DNA of 64,000 nucleotides from an uncultured Bacilli bacterium (GTDB lineage Bacteria; Bacillota_I; Bacilli_A; RF39; UBA660): NCBI GenBank assembly GCA_934155645.1, contig CAKPHC010000004.1, positions 81,220 to 145,219 of the forward strand, read 5' to 3'. Shown piece by piece: positions 58,563 to 64,000 of this stretch (position 1 is its first letter; each line of letters starts with the position of its first letter). The notes under the pieces were generated by a model. It saw only the letters and a program-made list of their open reading frames with translations, ran no database searches and was not told where the DNA came from. The position numbers and the translations under genes were made by a program.

Positions 58563-61369
58563 ACTTTTCTTTCAGCAATATGAACTTCTTTTGAATTGTA
58601 ACTGATTTTATATGTTACAGTATATTCTTCTTTAGCGTTTGTTGTTATGTTTCCAACGGTTTCACCTTTGGAATTTTTTATTGTAATAATTGCTTTAAAT
58701 TTTGTTATTTCATCTTTATTTTTATAGAACTTCAAATCACTAGAAGAAGGATTCTTATCCCAACTATCTAAAGATTCATTAACAGCATATGTTCTAGTAC
58801 CAGGTACTAAGAAGTCATGTGAATAAATAACATCTTCCTTGAGTTCGTATATAGCGCCCTTACTATCCATTTTATCGTATTTCTCGTAAGTAGTAACAAC
58901 TTTATATTCACCGTAAGGGTCTTCTTCATCATTTATTACAAAGTATGCTTTTTCAGTGAATCCTAAGTAAGTTCCATCTTTATAAATCTTATAACCAAAG
59001 TTTCCGTAAGAATCTTTAGGATTTTGTTTAGCAGCCTTAGACCATGATAATGAAACACTCATAGTTGAAGGATTGTATTTAACTAAAAGATTTGTAACAT
59101 TTTTTAATTTTTGATATTTAGTAGACACTTCTGTAGGTTCTGTTCCAACTTTAAAGTAGTCATAAGCAATTTCATCTTCTGGAGTATTTTCACTAGGTAA
59201 ATAGTAAGGATCACTGCTCCATTTTTCATATGCACTCTTAACAACACTACTAGGTACTTGGAAATCTTGACCGTTCTTAGCAAATACTACTTCACCAGCA
59301 GCTCTAAATAAACGTCCACGTTCAACACCAGCAACAGATTGTTTTAAATTATATGTAGCATCTAATTTAGGGTAACCATACCACATACCAATTGCATATT
59401 CTGGGTCATATCCAACAATCCATGAGTCACTAATTATATCAGTTGGATATCCTTTTGATCTTAATAAGTCTTCTGGATAGTTAGTTGTACCAGTTTTAGC
59501 AGCAACGTTAACTCCGTTAACACGAGCAGCACTACTTAATCCATACGATACAGCAGATTTTAATACATCAGTTATCATAAATGCAGTAGAATCACTCATA
59601 GCTTCAACTGGTTCTGGTTTATATGTTTCCTCTCTACCAGTACTTCTAAATACAACTTTATTTACTGTATATGGTTCATAATAAGTACCACCATTAGCAA
59701 AGGCAGCATAAGCACCGGCCATTTCTAAGGCATTAGAACCGGTAAATGCACCGATAGAGTGAGCTTCATGTATATAACCATATTTGTTAACTTCAGGAGT
59801 TATACCTAATTTACTAACAAATTCTATTATCTTTTTATTGTCAACGCTTTGGAAAGCTTGTAGGGCAGGTACGTTTCTTGAGTATGCTAAAGCATCTCTT
59901 AACGTCATCCACCCCCAGTATTGTCTGTCAGAGTTTCTCATTGGTTGGCCAGATGAATAATAATATTCTTTATCCTCAAAGTATTTAGCAGGTGACCAAT
60001 TGTTATATTCAATACCAGGTCCGTAGTCAAATAATGGTTTAGCGGTAGAACCGATTTGTCGTTTATTACCGGATGCATAGTTCCACTGATTAACACCAGT
60101 TTTATTTCTACCAGTACCAATAGCAACTATCTTACCAGTATCAACATCAACAACTGCAATACCTGCTTGAACAACATTGTCAACCCAGTTATAAGTAATA
60201 CCATTAAATATATTATCGATACCTGTTTGTTTATTAGGATCCATATTTGTGTATATAAGTAGAGGAGTACTATAAATATTTACTCCATATCTTGCTTTAA
60301 CTTCCGTTGCAACTTGGTCTATATAAGATTGATATTTATTACTGCTACCAGTATTTTCTACAAGTAAACTTTCTATAGGAATTGCTTTAGCCATATCTCT
60401 TTCTTCTTTAGTAATATAACCATGCATAACCATTAGATTTAATACCGTATTACGTCTTGCAGTAGCAGCATCTAAATTCTTAAATGGATTATAAGCATTA
60501 GGAGACTTAAATAATCCCGCTAAAAGTGAAGCTTCAGCTAAGTTTAATTCACTTGCGTGTTTACCAAAATAAGTTTGAGAAGCTTGTTCAACACCATAAG
60601 CACTTCCACCCATATTGTGAACATTTACATAAAACTCAATTATTTCTTGTTTACTATAAGTTTTTTCTAGTTTAAATACTGCTAAATATATATCAGTAAA
60701 TTTACGAACTATTCCTTCAAAACCTTCATCTAGGTTAGCATCAGTAAAACTGTTCTTAATAACTTGCATCGATAGAGTAGAAGCACCACCACCACTAGAG
60801 TGAAGTACTTGTTGAATAGACGCTTTTAAGAAACGAGCCGCATCAAATCCATTATGTTGGAAGAATCTTGAATCCTCTGTAGCAATTAATGCATCAATAA
60901 ATGTTTGACTCATTTCATCGTAAGTAATCTTTTCTCTTTTTTCAGTACCTAATTCTGCAAAAGCATTATTATTAATATCATAAAGAATTGATGACTCAGA
61001 ACGTTCCAGTTGACTTACATCAAATTCTGGTGCTTTCTTAATTACATAACCAATAAAAACTATTGCTAGTATACAACCAGCTATACATAAAAGTAGGAGT
61101 ATCATTAAAATGATATTAACAATTATCCTTGTTTTCTTTTTCTTTCTAAGTTTCTTAACCCATTTAGATAATAAAAGAATTAAGGCGATACCTGCTACCA
61201 TGATAATAGTAAATAACGGACCAATTACTTTTAGTAATACCAATATAATTGCAATTGCTATTACTAATAATACAATAGTAGTTGTATCAAATTTAAAAGA
61301 ATTAGAACTCTTAGACTTTGTCTTAGTTTGTTTATTATACTTTACCCCTTTATTAGTTGATTTTTTCAT
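58550..61369 (-). CDS. ponA: Class A penicillin-binding protein (transglycosylase + transpeptidase) with long C-terminal extension
   Basis: GT51 motifs (EDSRFFQHNG), STAKP (SxxK) and KTGT. It is downstream of and overlaps recU, as in Bacillus. Confidence 0.9.
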   Translation of the reverse strand: MKKSTNKGVKYNKQTKTKSKSSNSFKFDTTTIVLLVIAIAIILVLLKVIGPLFTIIMVAGIALILLLSKWVKKLRKKKKTRIIVNIILMILLLLCIAGCILAIVFIGYVIKKAPEFDVSQLERSESSILYDINNNAFAELGTEKREKITYDEMSQTFIDALIATEDSRFFQHNGFDAARFLKASIQQVLHSSGGGASTLSMQVIKNSFTDANLDEGFEGIVRKFTDIYLAVFKLEKTYSKQEIIEFYVNVHNMGGSAYGVEQASQTYFGKHASELNLAEASLLAGLFKSPNAYNPFKNLDAATARRNTVLNLMVMHGYITKEERDMAKAIPIESLLVENTGSSNKYQSYIDQVATEVKARYGVNIYSTPLLIYTNMDPNKQTGIDNIFNGITYNWVDNVVQAGIAVVDVDTGKIVAIGTGRNKTGVNQWNYASGNKRQIGSTAKPLFDYGPGIEYNNWSPAKYFEDKEYYYSSGQPMRNSDRQYWGWMTLRDALAYSRNVPALQAFQSVDNKKIIEFVSKLGITPEVNKYGYIHEAHSIGAFTGSNALEMAGAYAAFANGGTYYEPYTVNKVVFRSTGREETYKPEPVEAMSDSTAFMITDVLKSAVSYGLSSAARVNGVNVAAKTGTTNYPEDLLRSKGYPTDIISDSWIVGYDPEYAIGMWYGYPKLDATYNLKQSVAGVERGRLFRAAGEVVFAKNGQDFQVPSSVVKSAYEKWSSDPYYLPSENTPEDEIAYDYFKVGTEPTEVSTKYQKLKNVTNLLVKYNPSTMSVSLSWSKAAKQNPKDSYGNFGYKIYKDGTYLGFTEKAYFVINDEEDPYGEYKVVTTYEKYDKMDSKGAIYELKEDVIYSHDFLVPGTRTYAVNESLDSWDKNPSSSDLKFYKNKDEITKFKAIITIKNSKGETVGNITTNAKEEYTVTYKISYNSKEVHIAERKVIIE

Positions 61370-61931
61370 TTATACCTCCATATATAAAGTCAATTATTTT
61401 TAAATAATCAACTCTAGGAATATATCTTTCCTCAATTAAATAAGCATTATTATTAAAGTACTCAAGTGGAATAGATTTCTTTGCATTATTTGCAATAAAA
61501 CTAATTAAATCACTTCCTAATAAAAGAAATGTTTTATTTAATTTATTAAATCTAATTATTAGAAAACCAATTCCTTGATTATTAACAATATTCTTAATAT
61601 GTTCAATTTGATGTTTATGAATATTACTTAATGGGAATGATGTTAAACTATCTGTTTCCTTAGCTTCAAAATCTATATATTTACCTTTATATAATCCATT
61701 GTAATCAGTAGTAGAAGGTTCTTTGAAATATGCCTCTTTAATTACAGCATTATTTCTAGAATAATCTACTTTAGTTACTTGAATTGGAGTAGGTTTTTTA
61801 TAGATAAAAGCAATATTATTATCAATGTAATATTTATTTGTAAGATTAATATCTCCCTCTAAGTTCATACCTCTATTGTCATAAGTTATGTTCTTAGTTG
61901 TACTTAATTTTATTCCATTAGGGTATTTCAT
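61353..61931 (-). CDS. recU: Holliday junction resolvase RecU
   Basis: NRGMNLEGDINLTNKYY ... KKPTPIQV ... YKGKYIDFEAKET closely follows the Bacillus RecU pattern. Confidence 0.85.
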   Translation of the reverse strand: MKYPNGIKLSTTKNITYDNRGMNLEGDINLTNKYYIDNNIAFIYKKPTPIQVTKVDYSRNNAVIKEAYFKEPSTTDYNGLYKGKYIDFEAKETDSLTSFPLSNIHKHQIEHIKNIVNNQGIGFLIIRFNKLNKTFLLLGSDLISFIANNAKKSIPLEYFNNNAYLIEERYIPRVDYLKIIDFIYGGINEKIN

Positions 61932-62074
61932 AAAACCACCTATACTAAATTATACTATAAATTACTATTTTTTTCTATATATTTTAATCAAATAATATTT
62001 GTAGTATTTTAACAAGTTTTGTCGAATTTAAGACAAGAAGATAAATATGGTGTATCTTAATAACGGGAGGCTAT

Positions 62075-62179
62075 ATGGAAATAGAAAATGTTATTGATGC
62101 AATGAATAGAATTAGTTGTAACATTGTATTATCCAAACTCATTTATAGAAATAAAAAAAGAAATAAATTAACTAATTGA
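62075..62179 (+). CDS. Possible small ORF (34 aa) with strong RBS
   Basis: GGGAGG sits 6 nt upstream of the ATG. There is no homology evidence. Confidence 0.15.
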   Translation: MEIENVIDAMNRISCNIVLSKLIYRNKKRNKLTN

Positions 62180-62260
62180 ATACTTATCACTTTAATAGAC
62201 TATTTATTGACAAATATCACATATTTTGTGATAATATAAGCATAAGGGATTGGTGATAAT

Positions 62261-62590
62261 ATGTATCAAAATAAAGTAACTTTAACACCACAAGATATAC
62301 TAGAAAAAGAATTTAAAATTGATACTAGAGGGTATCGATTAAAAGAAGTAGATCAATTTCTAGATATTATTATAGGTGATTATGAGCAATTCTTATCATT
62401 ATTAAAAGATAGCGAAAAAGAAAAAGAAGAATTACTAGAAGAAATTATGAGTTTAAAACAAGAAATTCGTAATTTAAAAATGAGTATTGAAATTGCTAAA
62501 AGTGGTGATAACAAAGAAGTTACTAATGTTGATGTAATGCGTAGACTATCACAACTTGAAAAAATTGTATATGGAAAAGATGAAGAATAA
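62261..62590 (+). CDS. gpsB: Cell-cycle protein GpsB (DivIVA domain)
   Basis: LTPQDILEKEFKIDTRGYRLKEVDQFLDIIIGDYE matches the GpsB N-domain. rnpB follows immediately, as in Bacillus. Confidence 0.8.
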   Translation: MYQNKVTLTPQDILEKEFKIDTRGYRLKEVDQFLDIIIGDYEQFLSLLKDSEKEKEELLEEIMSLKQEIRNLKMSIEIAKSGDNKEVTNVDVMRRLSQLEKIVYGKDEE

Positions 62591-62935
62591 TACTTTGACA
62601 AACGCTGTATATTTTATATAGAGGAAAGTCCATGCTCGCAAGAACTGAGATGTTCTTAGTGATCGCGCTAAGGAAAAAAATAACCTTAGGTAGTTATACT
62701 AACGGAGATGAAATAATCTAAGTCATTGATATGATTAAAGTAATCGTAAAGGGCCATAGAGACGATGATTCTAGAAATAGATGAAGTGGAACGCGGTAAC
62801 CCCCACGAGCGAGAAACCCAAAATTGGTAGGGGAGCTTTAACGAAGGAACTAAACGGAGTTAAGGACCACATAGTGGTAGATAAATGTTTGTCGCCTAGA
62901 AATAGGAACAGAACATGGCTTATAAAGTATTATTT
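62589..62935 (+). ncRNA. rnpB: RNase P RNA, type B (Firmicutes)
   Basis: GAGGAAAGTCCATGCTCGCA (P4 5' half) and GTGGAACGCGGTAACCCCCACGAGCGAGAAACCCAAAATTGGTAGGGGA, with the P1 pairing AATACTTT / AAAGTATT, followed by a T9 tract. Confidence 0.85.
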
Positions 62936-62959
62936 TTTTTCTATTAAAGAGGTGTTATC

Positions 62960-63448
62960 TTGAAAGAATTAGGAGAATATTTAAAAGAACATAGAGAAGC
63001 AAATGGTGTAGGGCTTGAAGAAGCAAGTGACGACTTAAATATTTCTAAAGATGATTTAGAAAATATAGAAGTAGGAAACATAAGGGCTTTTAAAGATGTC
63101 TTGGGATTAAAATCTAAAATAAGAAACTATGCTAAATATTTGGGACTTGATCCTGAAAAAGTAGCGGATGAATTTAATGACTTTATGTTTGAACATACAT
63201 CTAAGATTTCTTTAAAAGATATTTTAGAAGCAGAAAAAAAAGTAAATGAACAAGCACCAAAACAGATTCATTCACCATATACAAAAATTAGAAAGAAGAA
63301 AGCAAATATAAAAGGAATATTAATCTTTATAGGAGCTGTACTTATAGTAGTAATATTAATAATAGTACTTATGCAACTATTAAAACCAAAAGCACCTGTT
63401 ATTAACCAAGAATTAAAAGGAGAAATGATGTATGAATTTACCTACTAA
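62960..63448 (+). CDS. RodZ-like HTH membrane protein
   Basis: N-terminal HTH (LGEYLKEHREANGVGLEEASDDLNIS), a single TM helix, and its position upstream of pgsA. Confidence 0.6.
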   Translation: MKELGEYLKEHREANGVGLEEASDDLNISKDDLENIEVGNIRAFKDVLGLKSKIRNYAKYLGLDPEKVADEFNDFMFEHTSKISLKDILEAEKKVNEQAPKQIHSPYTKIRKKKANIKGILIFIGAVLIVVILIIVLMQLLKPKAPVINQELKGEMMYEFTY

Positions 63449-64000
63449 ATTAACAGTTTCAAGAATTGTTATGTCAATATTAGTTATTATTATAATGCTA
63501 TTTCCTTTCTATGCAATTAATATTAACTTTCCACAGTTTTATATTAGTGATATCTTAGTTGATACTAGATATTTAATTGCCGGAGGATTATTTATTATTG
63601 CAAGTATTACGGATTTTCTAGATGGATATATAGCAAGAAAATATGGACTTATTACAAATACTGGAAAAATGTTAGATGCTATTGCTGATAAAATATTAGT
63701 TAATTCAGTTTTAATAATATTAGCATCAACAGGATTCATTGATGCAATTATACCTGTAGTTATAGTATTAAGAGATATAGTTGTTAATGCAATAAAGATG
63801 GAAGCAGCAAGTCGTGGTAAAGTAGTTGCGGCTATTAAATCAGGAAAATTAAAAACAGCAGCACTTATGGTTGGCATTGCTTTGACCTTCTTCTATAACT
63901 TACCATTTGAATTAATAAATATAAGAGTTAGTGATTTTCTATTATATTTTGCAACAATAATGTCTATTGTTTCAATGATAGAATACTACATGATGAATAA
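63432..64000 (+). CDS. pgsA: CDP-diacylglycerol--glycerol-3-phosphate 3-phosphatidyltransferase (3' end beyond window)
   Basis: Motif DFLDGYIARKYGLITNTGKMLDAIADK. It overlaps the rodZ-like stop codon. Confidence 0.85.
   Translation, partial: MNLPTKLTVSRIVMSILVIIIMLFPFYAININFPQFYISDILVDTRYLIAGGLFIIASITDFLDGYIARKYGLITNTGKMLDAIADKILVNSVLIILASTGFIDAIIPVVIVLRDIVVNAIKMEAASRGKVVAAIKSGKLKTAALMVGIALTFFYNLPFELINIRVSDFLLYFATIMSIVSMIEYYMMN

Noticed and set aside
62781-62963. 60-aa ORF
   Set aside because: It lies entirely within the RNase P RNA gene.
63539-63877. 112-aa minus-strand ORF
   Set aside because: It is antisense to the clearly conserved pgsA coding sequence.
1-64000. CRISPR arrays / cas genes
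   Set aside because: No regularly spaced direct repeats of 24-48 nt were seen. The only striking repeat is the G11 homopolymer.

Overview
This is a very AT-rich window (roughly 25-30% GC) from a low-GC Firmicutes chromosome, most likely a Clostridia-type spore former. Sporulation genes are present: spoIVA, spoVIF and an alpha/beta-type SASP. The gene order also matches Bacillus/Clostridium core layout: der...spoIVA-hup, dnaD-nth, recU-ponA, gpsB-rnpB and rodZ-pgsA.

The window splits into two parts.

(1) Positions 1 to about 12511 are the right-hand part of an integrated mobile/defense element, which runs off the left edge of the window. From left to right it carries: a large STAND (NACHT-like) P-loop NTPase truncated by the window edge; an AbiEi-like wHTH gene followed by a Fic-domain gene with a non-canonical active site; an M.FokI-like double Dam-class adenine methyltransferase translationally coupled to a 518-aa putative Type IIS endonuclease; a RepA_N/HTH-like gene that looks frameshifted in an A8 tract; a large serine recombinase; and a 283-aa orphan gene. 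The right junction lies at about 12496-12511, immediately before the 3' fragment of an N-acetylmuramoyl-L-alanine amidase gene (the end of the Amidase_3 domain plus 5 LysM repeats). That fragment has no start codon for its first ~80 codons, so the element appears to have inserted into and disrupted this gene.

(2) Positions 12.5-64 kb are core chromosome. It contains tRNA-Trp, fhs, gatCAB, ackA, thiI, nrnA, engB, der, cca, hup, tandem FemAB-family genes, zupT, a class A PBP, RNase P RNA and pgsA, among others.

Other points worth a second look:
- An 11-G homopolymer sits exactly in the spacer of a sigma-A-like promoter for a surface-protein gene, suggesting slipped-strand phase variation.
- A tightly coupled, uncharacterised 4-gene operon is built around a CDC48-like AAA+ ATPase, with its own promoter and terminator.
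- A stand-alone ADP-ribosyltransferase gene with its own promoter lies next to a CofE-like ligase and an RsiV-like (DUF3298) gene, just downstream of tRNA-Trp.
- A sensor GGDEF protein has a degenerate DGNEF motif.
- A surface-protein gene contains a GC-rich patch.
- Two structured or palindrome-rich intergenic regions lie inside the element.

No CRISPR array and no rRNA were seen.
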